A DNA stretch of 64,000 nucleotides from Octopus vulgaris (lineage: Eukaryota). The DNA lies in NCBI GenBank assembly GCA_951406725.2, contig OX597823.1, positions 69,998,001 through 70,062,000 on the forward strand, in the 5' to 3' direction. How positions within the stretch are numbered: the stretch's first letter is position 1; each line of letters starts with the position of its first letter. The notes under the pieces are model-generated. The model worked only from the letters and a program-made list of their open reading frames with translations. It searched no databases and had not been told where the DNA came from. Positions 1 through 14,329 of this stretch are shown here, one piece after another. A program made the position numbers and the translations under genes.

Positions 1-74
1 TGGTAGACCGTATATATGAAAAAATGTAATTAATAATTATAGTAACAGCAGAATTGAGAACATTATTAATACTG

Positions 75-279
75 GTTTCAAATTTTGGCACAAAACCAGC
101 AATTTTTGTGGAGTGGTAAGTCGATTATATCGATCCCGGCACTCAATGAGCACTCATTTTATCGACCCTGAAAGGATGAAAGGCAAACTCGACTTCGGCG
201 GAATTTGAACTCAGAACGTAAAGGCGAGCGGAAAACCGCTAAGCCTAGCGCGCTAACGATTCTGCCAGCTCACCGCCCT
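75..279 (-). mobile_element. tRNA-derived SINE, family A (head GGCGGCGAGCTGGCAGAA...GTTCAAATTCC)
   Basis: Reverse complement matches copies at 9406, 12099 and 44954; A/B-box-like motifs present. Confidence 0.85.
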
Positions 280-893
280 GATCATTATTGATGTTTGATG
301 CTGTTGTCGACAAAAAGTCGTCTTACTTCGGAGTAAAGAATACGGTTTTTCCGATCGGAAATGACGTCAGTTACACACGCATAGAAAGACTGCGTTATTT
401 TGAAAAATAGAGTATTAAGCAGTGACATGTGGGTTTTTCTCAGATTTTTCTCAGACATGTGGGTTTTTCTCATGTGGTTGACATTTTTAGCATCACAAGT
501 TTCCCCGTAAAGTGGGCATCGTATTCGACTGGTTTGTACGTTTGGCATTGCGCGACCGTGTTTGAGGGAAAATAAATAAGTCGGCTGCATGAGACATGGC
601 TCACCATCAAGCGAGCTGCATTACTGAAAAGAAAAACCTGGAAATAATTCGTTAGACGTGCTATTCAGAAATTCCCGCCGGCCGCAAGTTTCCCATGACT
701 GTTATTGAGATTCCCATGCTGACTCTGGTTTGTGTATGTATATATATGTGTGTGTGCATGTGTGTATGTTTGTTGTTCTATGAATATGTAGGGTTTCGTT
801 TATGCGCGTGGACGTTGTGTATGTGTAATATAATAATTCATACGCGTGATAAAAAATGTGTATGTTGTTCTCGTTATTATTTAAACCAAGGCC

Positions 894-1014
894 AAGGTGG
901 CGAACTGACAGAATCGTCAGCACGCCGGGCAAACAGCTTAACGGCATTTCGTCCGTCTTTTCGTTCTGAGTTCCAATTGCTCCGAGGTCGACATTGCCTT
1001 TCATACTTTCGAGG
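894..1014 (+). mobile_element. SINE family A, 5' half
   Basis: aaggtggcgaactgacagaatcgtcagcacgccgggc...gttctgagttccaatt...gaggtcgac aligns with the head of the 44954 copy. Confidence 0.8.
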
Positions 1015-1369
1015 TTTTTATGTTTTCCGTGAAATTTTCAATGGTCTAGCTAGTATTGTAATAATAATAATAATAATAATAGTGATAATAATAATGATTT
1101 CAATGAAAGACTTCCTGGAATAGTCCACGAAGGTGAAGAAAGAACGTCCTAGAAAATCCAAGGATGGGGAGGATGGATTTCATGGAAAAGACTCTCACTC
1201 CCTCAGTCTTTCTCTCTTACTTCCACTCTCACGCTTTTCCACTTCAAAGAAGAAAGTGTGACGCACACAACAGGTACGTAGACAAATAAAAAGTTAGCGT
1301 ATTAATATTATTGATATATATCATGGCGAATAGTATATACATAGACACACACACACACATATATACATA

Positions 1370-1449
<80 letters not shown>

Positions 1450-2497
1450 AACATACATTTATATATGTTTAAACAATTCGTGTTATTATTATAGATGCGT
1501 GGCGTTCGATCATATAAAAATATAATATATAAATATATGCATATATACATACATATATGTACATACCTACATCTATATGCATATATACATGCATATGGGT
1601 ACAGGACATCGAAAAAACGTTGAACACAATGAGAAACGAAAACATAAAAACAAAAACATGGAAACGAACTTTTTTTCAAACACCGAAAAAAACAGAGTAC
1701 AAGACATACAACACAAGGAATATTTCCCCTCTTCAGTTGTCCCTGTTTCGTCTACTCCACATTTCGAAGGTAAGGACAAAATGCGACTTCGTTGAAACAG
1801 TCCCTCCCGCAAAGCAAATTAAATAAAATTTGTAATTCTTTGTAGAAGGGTAAAAGTGGTAACAAGAACAGGACAGTAAGAACCAAACAATACAGTAAAA
1901 GACAAAACAAAGAGAATAACACAGTAAAAACAAACGATGAGGGTTGTTAAGCCAAGACGACGGAAAAATTATTCTGAACGCTTGAAGAGACAGCTTATGA
2001 GGTATATATTTGGTGGGGGTGTTATGTTCTGTGTATATGCTGGGTTTTCTTAACGTATGCATGTATATTTGTATATTGATTAATGTTTGAGTAAAAATGT
2101 GTATGTTCCTATTGGGGGCGATAGGGGTCTTGATGATGCTTTTAGTAGAGGTGGTGATGATGGCAGGATCTTATCGGTTGTAATGGTAGTTGCAGTGGTG
2201 ATGGTTGTGGTGGTCTTAATGAGGATGGAGGGAGGGTTCTGATTGAGTAGACCTCTGATGAAAGGGTCTGCAGTCATGCTATACTCTCACATTCTATATC
2301 AGGGATACTAACGGCAAATGTGTCGTTTCCTTTCTTTTTAAGACGTTAGTGTGATTTATGAGAAGTTTTGCACATGAGTTTTTAAATTGTACTTGCGCAA
2401 ATGTTTGCGGATGTGTGTGTGTGTGTGTGTGTGTCTTTGTGTGTGAGAGAGAGAGAGAGTGTGTGTGAGAGAGAGAGAGTGTGTGTGAGAGAGAGAG

Positions 2498-2528
<31 letters not shown>

Positions 2529-2741
2529 CAGAGTAGTGAAATGTGGTTGCAGAAAGAATAGGCAATGATTTAATTGGTTGAATTATATGAAATGTGCTTG
2601 GTCAAATATAACTGTTAATTAATGCGACACTGTACCCGGTTTTATTTCACTATGCGCGCTGTCAACCGGACAGAAATCTGGACAGAACAATAATACGGAT
2701 TGTTTAAACATATATAAATCTATATGTTTATACATACATAA

Positions 2742-3460
<719 letters not shown>

Positions 3461-6400
3461 TGCTAATCATTGAACGTTAGATAATTTGGCAAATGATGTC
3501 TATTCTTTGGCCAGAACGACCAATATCTGTAAAGATATCTTGACTGTAATAACTCATTCATTACACTAGAAGAATATTTACAGAGTCAGTAGACCAAAAA
3601 CTTTCTGTCTTCTATCACTTTTCATCATTCCACACCATTCCACCACTATCCAAGAATAACTTGTCACATTTAATTTTTCCGACCATACCTTAGTGAAATA
3701 ATAAAGAATCTTAGTAGTTTGTTAGGTGTATATGACTGATAGAAAAACATTCAGACCACTAATTTTCATTCTCGATGGTCTGCATATACATCCTTAATAC
3801 GTTCAAGCAGATTTGAACATGAATATGCAAATCGTTGTTGTATTTCACCTTCGGAGAGTAACTTCCCCCTACTGATGAGGTGTGTTGACAAACAACTCGG
3901 TTCCGTTGCATTGCGGGGTGGGCACTTTGAGATATCAGTGTTTCACTTTATGTCTCTCTTCAGTCAAAGCTACCCGCCCTCGGATTTCGTGTTTATAGAA
4001 TTCAGTAAATGAATTATTTGCCGATGCATAGAAATGTCTGCTAAATCGGTAATAAGTTATCATGAGCGCGTATAAAAGCGAGAACCGAAACGATGATTTA
4101 ATGATCTATATATTCATTCATAACGAATTCTGGTGAATTTGAACGTGGCTATGTTAATCGCTTGCCCTCTCTGCTCTATTAGGTCGTCAGGTATGAAATG
4201 TGTAGAAAAGAATAGAAAGTTTGCTAATGTTTTATAAATACAAGGAATACATAGTCCCTAGACCTACTAGGGATAATTGCTAAATCTTTTTTTTTTAAAT
4301 TAGATCCTACAGTCTCAAAAGAGAAATACATAACCATGTGCATCGAATATAATGTGAGATAATTCAGTAATGAATTTCCACTGGTTTCAACGAATAAGCA
4401 TTCAGCTTCTCGATTAACTGAACTACCTGCTCGTTAAAATAGTGTATAAATAGCTGAGTATTCCGGAGCTCTGTGCCCTGAGCTCAATCCTCAATCAGAA
4501 TGAACATGACATGGTGATGTATCAAAGACAGACCTTTGAATTGTAGTTACGATCCATCTGAATTTCCATAAATCTAGTTTCATTCGCAAGGTACGGGTCG
4601 ATCTGAGAATGTAGCTATTTTTCTTGATAATTCTACCATTCCATAGCTTTAATCATTATAAATTGTTGTTGCTATTGTTATTGTTAATCTCTTAGTCAAC
4701 TCTTACTGATAAAACGCTTGACCAAAGACTTTCTAATTATGACCAATTCGTTTCGTTTTTTGTTTTTTTTTGTGGGGATGAAATAATAATAAATAAACGG
4801 AATCATTAGTGCATCAGAAAGAATATTGTGCAGTATTTCTACTAATACTTTACGTTCTGAGTTCAAATCTTCTGAATGTCAACTCGAACTCTCATCCTTC
4901 CGAAGTCGATAAATTGAATTACCAGTCGATTGAAATGCTTAATGGAATCGACAAACACTCCTACACTAAAATTGTTGGCCTTGTGCCTAAATTAGAAACA
5001 ATTATTGCCTTGTCAACTTTGACAGACAAGCTTTGTCATCAAAGACTTTCCTGCCATGATCATCCTATCCTTTTGCAGATATCGAGGATGACATTGTCTG
5101 ACGCGTTCCTTTCCTGGGCTAAGATAGTGGGATGTGATTTGACAGAGAGATTTTACGGTTAACAGAAATCTAGAAATAGCAACGAGGTTCTCTCGATCAC
5201 TTAGCAATAATGCTTGATTGCAATAATCTCAGAAAAAAAATTCAAAATAAAAGTCAACTCCAAAGCAATATATACTGTGAACACAGAAGAATGCTTTCTA
5301 AATTTGACACTCAAAATTACATCATTCGGACATAACTTATTGTTAGATTGTATTTCCTTTGAAGACTCTAAAGAAATGAAATATAAAATCAACAGTATCA
5401 GACTCTAGAATCTATAACGCAAAGGTTCCTGATAAAACAAGAACGAAAAAGTTCTTACTTAAATTGGGAAAGATGTTTTGTGTGGAGTTTTATTATTTCT
5501 ACAAATACAAGTTCTAGTCCTTGTTGCAGTGTGGTGGTTTGTATGCTCTCAATAGCAATGAGAGCTATGGCAGCAAAACACAAGCTCGTGCTGGTGTTTT
5601 CAATGCTGGACAGGTTAAAGGCTGAGGGCCAGTCTAATATGGATCATCTCTTCACAGAAATAAAAATGGATTTGCAATAGAGCCAAAACTTTTACTTAAG
5701 AGAAAAGCAAATTTACAAAAGCATCGACAACAATTCAAAATCAACACGATGAGAAAGGAATGCCTTCAGTGAACGAAACATATGATGTGGTGGTCTGAAA
5801 ATGCAAGTATCCAACTGGAAAGAAGCAGAAAAGGCAGCCCAGAATCGAGAACAGTGAAGAAAAGTCCTCGGTGGCTCATACTCCGCAGGGAGCAAAGGGC
5901 TTGAATAAAAATTACCTTCATTATTACATAATGACATGTATTTATTCCAACATTCCGTCACTTCTGACATTCCATTGCATACAATTTTTATTTATTTTCT
6001 CAGAGCACAGATAACCAGAACCAATACCACAGGGAGATCTTTCCAAACCTCTGATGAATCAGCTAATTTGTTGACTAATCGTTATGGAACAATAATTATT
6101 GAGTCATAACAAAATTATAATTATTCACTTGCAATTACTTTATTCATCTTATTGCGAACAATTAACTTTCTATATAGTTTCATCACTTAGAACTAGAGCA
6201 CATTAAACGATCATAAAACATATAATTAAGTGGAGGAATAACAATACTGAATATAATGAGAAAAAATTAATGTCGTACAATTACTAGTATTATGAAGAGA
6301 AAAATCATTGGCGTTAATAATACTCTTTGTTTAAAAAAGCAATGGATGTAAATTGATTAAAAAATGAATAAGGATATGCATGCATTAGGAAATGATTGTT

Positions 6401-7072
6401 ATTTTTGTTCTATACGGTCACAACTCTGAGCATATATCACCAGTAAATTATAGTCTTATTTGTGACTTTAGAATAATATAGGATAAACATTTTGAGTGAA
6501 AAAATATATTCATAGACTTGTTAATTTTAAGAAACGCGATGGGAAATTTCCCAGGGATGCGTTCAGTATTAAGAAAATATGATTAAGTGAATATAGTGAA
6601 TCAAATACAATATAGCGAGTTAAATATCCTCCAGTCAAGTGAAATGAAGAAAAAAATACATAAACGGACATGCGAAATCTAAATTTATTAAAACCTGAAT
6701 GGAGATATACAGTAGAGAGTGATATTTTGGTTAGCACGGTGACACCTGCAGATATGAGGGTGAGTCAGAAAGTAATTCAAGTAAAAAAAAATTGCATTAG
6801 ACTAACCTGCGTACATTTCAGGCTTACTAAAACTTCTTAGTGAGAAATAGTTTTACTTGTACTTACCAGTTTCAGCAAAAATTAAACTCCCTTTTCACCG
6901 CACATTTCTTCACCCCGCCCCACAGTTCAATGTTTAATCAATTTGAAGTTGTTTCCCTTGTCCATCTTAAAAAGAATTATCATTAATACTCATGATTTTC
7001 CCCCTCGTTACGTGAGTAATATTAATTAGAAAAGACGCTCACACACATATACCGAGAGGGGGAAGAGGAAGG

Positions 7073-7175
7073 CCTGTTGATATTGTTGAAATTCCAATGA
7101 AGGAACCTTGGATTTAGGTTAGAAACCGTTTCTTTCTCTATTGGCAAGAAATCATGAAATAAAACTGAATAATGA
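7073..7175 (+). mobile_element. Isolated 3' end of the RLE-type LINE seen at 38620-39269
   Basis: cctgttg...ttgaaattccaatgaa...ttggat.taggttagaaaccg...gaataatga matches 39167-39269 and is followed by CACA/CATA repeats. Confidence 0.8.
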
Positions 7176-7967
7176 CACACATACATAGCAGCATAAATGC
7201 ATACACACATTGGATACCGCTGTGTATATTTGAATATATTCAAGTGGAGAGATAAAATGATAGACAGAAAGATGACGCTTTGATTTTTTCCAAAATTCTG
7301 AGTGATTTACAATTTATATTTGATATAGTAAATAAAAAAAATTATAACTCTGCTATATAATTTTATTCTCTTTTGTTTTAATTCATTTTTCTTGTTTTGT
7401 TTTGCTTTGTTTTTGTTTTGTTTGTGTTTGTTTGTTATTTTTGTTGGGTTTTTTTTTGTTGTCTTTTAGTTATCTATTTCGAAATGATTGAAGTCATGGC
7501 AATGCTTGTTATAAGAATTTTACTTATGTCTAAACATAAATAAAAGGTGCCAGCTATGGAAATTTAGCAAAAAACAAATTTGAATAATTTCAATATTGAT
7601 AGCATCTTCTGTTGCAAACTAAAACACTGTAAAGAATAGTAATTTACTTTTACAGTAAATCTTGAAGAAATCTTAGGAATAATAATTATGGACAAAATTA
7701 CAAAATTACGAAGTAAAACAAAAACAACGTACTGTAATTGATATAGATAAATTTAAATGTGGAAAATTAATTTGAATAAGAATCAACAAAATCATAGAAA
7801 ATATTGAAAATTACAAAATTGCCTCTGAGATATATTTCGTTTGTTCTATATTGGTAACTGATTTCCCAATAGTAACTTTGTATAAGTTTATAACTTTGAT
7901 AAAACAATCTCTTTGAATAGAACTGTAAGAAATAATGTATAAATATAAATATCAATAAATATGTATT

Positions 7968-8100
7968 TGTATGTATGTATGTATGTATGTATGTATGTAT
8001 GTATGTATGTATGTATGTATGTATGTATGTATGTATGTATGTATGTATGTATGTATGTATGTATGTATGTATGTATGTATGTATGTATGTATGTATGTAT
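7968..8100. repeat. (TATG)n microsatellite
   Basis: Directly visible perfect tetranucleotide tract. Confidence 0.98.
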
Positions 8101-8107
8101 AGGGTGA

Positions 8108-8217
8108 ATGCGTATGGCCTGATGGTTTTGAGTGTTGCTCTCCTGGTCGCGAGATCGTAGTTCCAATTCCTCGACCAGGTGGTGTGTTTTATTCTTGAGC
8201 AAAATACTTCATCTCAC
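8108..8217 (+). mobile_element. Old SINE family C head, interrupted by a younger SINE
   Basis: Diverged tRNA-like head plus CORE-like ttcttgagcaaaatacttcatctcac; compare 45275-45385. Confidence 0.65.
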
Positions 8218-8599
8218 GGAGGCGCAATGGCCCAGTGGTTAGGGCAGCGGACTCGCGGTCATAGGATCGTGGTTTCGATTCCCAGACCGGGCGTAGTGAG
8301 TGTTTATTGTGCGAAAACACTTCAAGCTCCACGAGGCTCCGGCAGGAGATGGTGGTGATCCCTGCTGTACTCTTTCACCACAACTTTCTCTCACTCTTAC
8401 TTCCTGTTTCTGTTGTACCTGTATTTCAAAGGGCCGGCCTTGTCACTCTCTGTGTCACGCTGAATATCCCCGAGAACTACGTTAAGGGTACACGTGTCTG
8501 TGGAGTGCTCAGCCACTTACACGTTAATTTCACGAGCTGGCTGTTCCGTTGATTCGGATCAACCGGAACCCTCGTCGTCGTAACCGACGGAGTGCTTCC
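8218..8599 (+). mobile_element. tRNA(Arg)-like SINE, family B, full length with TSD
   Basis: Head ggcgcaatggcccagtggttagggcagcggactcgcgg...gtttcgattcc; 12-bp TSD ACTTCATCTCAC at 8206-8217 and 8600-8611. Confidence 0.9.
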
Positions 8600-8649
8600 A
8601 CTTCATCTCACATCGATCACTGCGACACCTGATGTGTGGTATACCGTAC

Positions 8650-9805
8650 ATTTGTAACAAACATTTGTCTATATAAGATGTTTGCTTTGGCTGATATAAC
8701 TGGTATGTCTGTTGCACCTGGTGCCTCTGCTAGGTATCTTACATTTGTTAAGTATATTACGTATTTTGTGTCTCTTACAGCTAGTACCATTCGTGTGTCT
8801 ATTGGACATGTAGTGTGTAAGAGACTCGGTGCCTCATTTTGTAAATGGACTATTAAGTCCAAAATTTGTAAAAACCGGAAGTAAGAGGTTCAATAACTCG
8901 TTTTGTTTTTTGTGTAAAAATAATGTTTTAATTTGTAAATGGACTATTAAGTCCAATAATTGTAAAAACGGAAGTAAAAAGTTCAGTACCTCGGTCTGTT
9001 TTTTGTGTAAAAAAATAATTTTTTAGAGAAGCAAAGGATCAGCGGGCGTTTTTTGTCTTCTCCCATTAATATTTTATTTCATCATTCATCTCATCAATGT
9101 TTTTGTCCAGCCCGCAAGCTACTCTGTATCATGCCTTTATGACAAAATGTTTTGAAATAATGTAGTGTTTCCCTCGAGTATCTATTACGTCTGTTATACC
9201 TGTTGTGTTAGTATATATGTCATACCTCCTGTACATGGGTTGGTAACAAACATCTGTGTATACGAGATGTTTGTTACAGCTGATATAATTCGTATTTCTG
9301 TTGCATCTAGTATTTCTGCTAGATTTCTTATATTACGTATTTTGTATCTCTTATAACAAGTAGCTTCCACGCGTCTATTGGACATGTAGTGTCTCCCTCG
9401 AATATCTATTTCTTTACTACCCACAAGGAGCTAAACACAGAGAGGACAAACAAGGACAGACAAACGGATTAAGTTGATTACATCGACCCCAGTGCGTAAC
9501 TGGTACTTAATTTATCGACCCCGAAAGGATGAAAGGCAAAGTCGACCTCGGCGGAATTTGAACTCAGAACGTAACGGCAGACGAAATACGGCTACGCATT
9601 TCGCCCGGCGCGCTAACGTTTCTGCCAGCTCGCTGCCTTACTAGTATTTCTGTTGCATCTGGTGCCTCTGCTAGGTTTCTTATATTATGTATTTTGTATC
9701 TTTTATAACTAGTAGCTTTCGTGCGTCTATTGGACATGTAGTGTCTCCCTCGAATATCTGTTATGTCTATTATATCTGCTGTGTTAGTATATATGTCATA
9801 CCACA
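8650..9805. repeat. Degenerate ~220-bp tandem repeat (about 3 copies) interrupted by two insertions
   Basis: The block ...gtctattggacatgtagtgt recurs at about 8797, 9373 and 9725, with matching upstream sequence. Confidence 0.8.
9406..9639 (-). mobile_element. SINE family A, near full length
   Basis: Highly similar to 12099-12332 along its whole length. Confidence 0.92.
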
Positions 9806-10146
9806 TATATATGGGTTTCTTAAAAACCTGTTATTGTTGTTATACTTATTCGGTGAAATAGCCATGATAGGCGGAGCTTTTTACATAACTTAATAATCAT
9901 ATCTTAATTTGTTGTTTCTTGTTAAGTCTGTTACACCTATTATGTCTAGTTTTCTTCATTTCTAGTGTTTCTATCTATTATATATGTTTAACCTATTGTG
10001 CTTAAACAACCACCTCCAATTTCGGCTTTACAAATCAACGTAATACTCAAAGCACAAAGTACTAGACTTCGTGAAGGAAAAGGCGGAAATGAGGACGTGG
10101 AAGTTGGAGGAGAGATGGGAAAGGAAAGAGCTAAAGGAGGTGAGAA

Positions 10147-10188
<42 letters not shown>

Positions 10189-10451
10189 ATGATGATGTGC
10201 AGAAAAGGGGATAAAGAAACACTATGAATAAGAAATAAAAGAAGACAAAGAAGAGGAAGAACAACAACAACAACAACCAAGATGAAGTAGTAAGATGAGA
10301 AGGAAAATTGCGTTAAAATGGTATTTTACACTTATATTGATTGATATATTTATTGGCTGTTCCATTTATAATAAAACCCAGAACAGAGTTCAAAGGTCAA
10401 ACTTTATTGCCGAAAACCTCATTTGGTAAACATTTCACTTGCCAAATCTTT

Positions 10452-10519
<68 letters not shown>

Positions 10520-11725
10520 ATGTATGTATACACAGACATACAGGTCTGAAGTATTTCCACTATTTCAAATTGTTTAAAGCATGACGAGATACAGAAATAA
10601 ATACTTACAAACATCTACATGTTGGTTTGTGCTAGTATGTGTATATAACTACGAGTGGATATAAACAGATAAATAGATGGATACTTAAATATATTCTAAT
10701 ATATATTAGATACAAGCATGTAAATGCATACCGTTACATGTATATGTGTGTATGTGTATGTATGTGCTACTTAAGAAACAATACATGTGGCGGTGGGACA
10801 TTATTCATTTGCCCACTCATTTTTCCGGTCTATCATGTAGTAGAATAGAAGTTTTTTTTTAATCTCCTTTTGTTCCTTTTTGTTTTGACTCCTCTGCCGG
10901 ATATTAAAAGTAACTGTCGTTCTATAAAAATATAAGCAAAGCTTCGAGCTGGCAGAGTTATTAAGCATTCTGGCCGAAATGTTCCCGCATTTTCTTCTGG
11001 CTTTACGTTTTAAGTTCAGAAACCTTCAAGATCCACAAGTAGAAGCCAGCGCTCTGTTCGATGTAATCGGCTTGCCCCCTCCCTCAAAATTTCAGGCCTT
11101 ACAGTTCAAAGAAAATAAATTATAGGATGAAAGTTAGATGTTAGTCTATTACGCTTTTTCTACTATCCATTAGTGGAATGGGGTTAGCCACGGAATTCTA
11201 CCATGAAAAATTTATTCAATTTTATTGACCGCAGTACTTAGTTTGGTGCTTAATTTCTCGAGCTATATTTATCGGACGATTAATTTAACCTACATTAAGA
11301 AACTTGCCTCTTTTAGAAATGTAAATACCATTGAAATATTCGCACTGATTTACAACTGTACATACAAAGACATAGAAGCGGGTAGATTCATACATACATA
11401 CGGACATAAAGCAGCATTCACACACAGAGGCATACATACACACAGACTCACACACACAAACAATATACATGTGTGCCTCTGTGTGTGTGTGCGTGCGTGT
11501 GTGTGTGTAATTCCTTTTAGGAAAGGTGGATCTGGAAGCAGTTAGAGCTATAGATAATAGTGCTCAGGTATTAAGTTACGAAGCCTTTGGGATAGAAAAA
11601 TCGAAGACTGCCCGCCAACATATATGTGTGCGTGTGTTTATACAAATATATATGTGTGTGTATATATATATATATATACGCACACATACACATAAATGCA
11701 TACACGCACGCGCGCACGCATACAC

Positions 11726-11780
<55 letters not shown>

Positions 11781-12098
11781 GGCTATTTAATGAACTAAGT
11801 TACTATCAAAAAAGGATTCAAGGATTCAAAACGTTAATTTCCGAAAATTTTATTTTTAATGTATCATTAAATATTATTTTTTCTTAAATTTTTTCATTAG
11901 AAAAATCAATATGTTTCAGTCTAATGATATTGTCAAACGAATGCAAAAATAAAGAGTTAAGTAGTTGAATATTTAGTTTAGAAACAGAACATTTCAGTTG
12001 CTTTTATTTCTTGATTTTTATTCTCTATAAAAAAAAGGATGAGGGAATAGAAGGAGGGGGAGGAAGAAGTAGAAGAAGAAGAAGAAGAATTAATATAT

Positions 12099-12332
12099 AT
12101 TTCTTTACTACCCGCAAGGGGCTAAACATAGAGGGGACAAAGAAGGACAGACAAAAGGGATTAAGTCGATTACATCGACCCCAGTGCGAAACTGGTTCTT
12201 TATTTATCGACCCCGAAAGGATGAAAGACAAAGTTGACCTCGGCGGAATTTGAACTAAGAACGTAACGACAGACGAAATACCGCTAAGCATTTCGCCCGG
12301 CGCGCTAACGTTTCTGCCAGCTCGCCGCCCTG
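12099..12332 (-). mobile_element. SINE family A, full length with TSD
   Basis: 16-bp TSD AGAAGAATTAATATAT at 12083-12098 and 12333-12348. Confidence 0.93.
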
Positions 12333-12799
12333 AGAAGAATTAATATATTCCCCCATTGGTGTGTGCTCTTGCTTCCATAACTTTCGAATTTCCAGGAATT
12401 TTTGCTAAATTTTGAGAGGTGGGGAGGAGGTAGAAAGAATGCTAGTGAGTAAATAAGGTGTCCAGGTCATTATGTCAAGTAGTTAATTTATCATGGAAAG
12501 ATCGAAAAGTTAAGTTTATTGTTTTGACAAAGTTTGTAGGTTCTCGTAAATAAAATTAAGATAAAGTGTGTGGTTTATCAGTGGTTTGTATTGATCGATA
12601 AAGTGATAGATTTTAAAAGTGATAGACAAGTGAGAGGGGGAGATAAACAGGGAGAAAGATAAGGAGTGATTTTCATTCAGTTGGTGAAATACAACGAAAG
12701 ATAATGATGATGACGACAACGATGATAACGACGATGACAATGATGATGATGACGACGACAACGATAAATTTATCAAATTTACACTCACAACATACATAA

Positions 12800-13133
12800 T
12801 GTAAGGGCCCTGCTCAGTGATCTGTTAAAGAAAAATGCAAAATGGTATTGAACTGATAATTGCCAGAAGGCATTTTATGAGTTAAAAAGACATTTTAACA
12901 TCAGACTTATCATTAACATCAGCCTTATCATTAACGCATTTTGATCCAAAGTTGGATATTACATTGGCTATAGATGCGAGTGATTACGGTGTAGGAGCTA
13001 TTCTGCACAAATATGACGATTGGAGTAAAAAGGCTATAGACCATGCGTCACGATCGTTATTACCTGCGAAAGGAACTATAGCCAGATAGAAAAAGAAGCG
13101 TTAGCAATCATATTCGGTTTGAAAAAATTCCAT
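12800..13133 (+). pseudogene. Ty3/Gypsy pol fragment (connection and RNase H), decayed
   Basis: Manual translation: LLKKNAKWY*...HFDPKLDITLAIDASDYGVGAIL...ASRSLLPA/RNYSQIEKEALAIIFGLKKFH, typical Gypsy RNase H motifs; contains a stop and frameshifts. Confidence 0.88.
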
Positions 13134-14066
13134 ACACAGCTGCCCATCCGCGACGACTACTCGGTACGACATTGACTGGCCGCCAACAACCTGTGTTGCG
13201 GTCGTCCTGCTCGAGAGCATGCCCTCACCGACCGCCACCGCCAGGCACGACTACAGTGGGCTACACAGCACCGACATTGACGGTATCAACAATGGAAATC
13301 GATAGTCTTCTCTGACGACAGCCAGTGCTACGTTTCCACCTCGGATGGCAGAGTGAGGGCGTGGCGTAGGAAGAAGTAAACGCTACAGAGACGCATGTGT
13401 CATGGACTGAGACGCGTGAAGTGGTTTGGAATGCTATAGGTCTGAATCAGAGAATTGGGCCCCATGTTTTCCAATATGTTGGTGCAAGTAGAAGGAATGG
13501 CATCACAGCGCAGCGTTACGTTGACTAGATCATAAGACCACAGATTGTGTCCTTCTTTGCGCGTCACCATAGCCACGTATTCCAGCAGGACAATATTCCC
13601 TGCGTCATCACAACGATACTTCAGTAGGACAATACCTCCTGTGTCACCACAACATCAAAACCATGCCGTGGCCGGCTCTTAGCCTGGTTTGAACCCAATT
13701 GAACACCTGTGGGATGAAATCCAGAGACGGCTGGACCAGGTGGTCCCAAGGCCGACAACTCGTGTGGAACTGGACGCAGCTTTGCAGCTTTTCTCAGGGT
13801 GTGGGTACAGATCCCAATGGCTCTTGTGAACCGCCTCATGCACTTAATGTACAGACGGTGTATGGCCGTTTTGAACATCCAGGGAGGGCATAGACGGTAT
13901 TGAACATGTCACGCCCTACAATCTCGATGTGATGGATCCACCCACTACCATAATACACATGACAACGACCCATGACTTTATCAGATTTATCAAAATTTAT
14001 CTATGACATAATGAAATTAAAACATATTTCACAGTCACACTCGTCTCGCGTTTCTTTTGCGATTCA

Positions 14067-14069
<3 letters not shown>
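13134..14069 (+). mobile_element. Tc1-family DNA transposon, 3' part with decayed transposase and right TIR
   Basis: Manual translation: LTDRHRQARLQWA...WKSIVFSDDS...DGRVRAWRR...FQQDN...PWPA...LNPIEHLWDEIQRRL...GGHRRY* (stop 13903); ends gtttcttttgcgattcagta followed by (TA)n. Confidence 0.9.
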
Positions 14070-14102
<33 letters not shown>

Positions 14103-14237
14103 TTCATCTTTTATTAAACTTTTAATACTTTTGATATATATTTAAAATAATATAAATTAATTAATTTTATGTATTGGCTTATGTTTTTCATTGTTTGATT
14201 TGCCTAATAGTGGTTTTATCTCTAATTTAATATAATA

Positions 14238-14329
<92 letters not shown>

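Noticed and set aside
1590-1810. Possible further Penelope pLTR with CTGAAGA/GAAAC motifs on the minus strand
   Set aside because: A consistent hammerhead fold could not be built.
5713-5970. Weak mariner-like peptides (HMFRSLKAFL; ECWNK...NEGNF)
   Set aside because: The motifs are in the wrong order and too short to call.
8218-8300. Possible tRNA-Arg gene (also 58790 and 45275)
   Set aside because: Continues into SINE bodies, one with a TSD, and lacks a proper acceptor stem.
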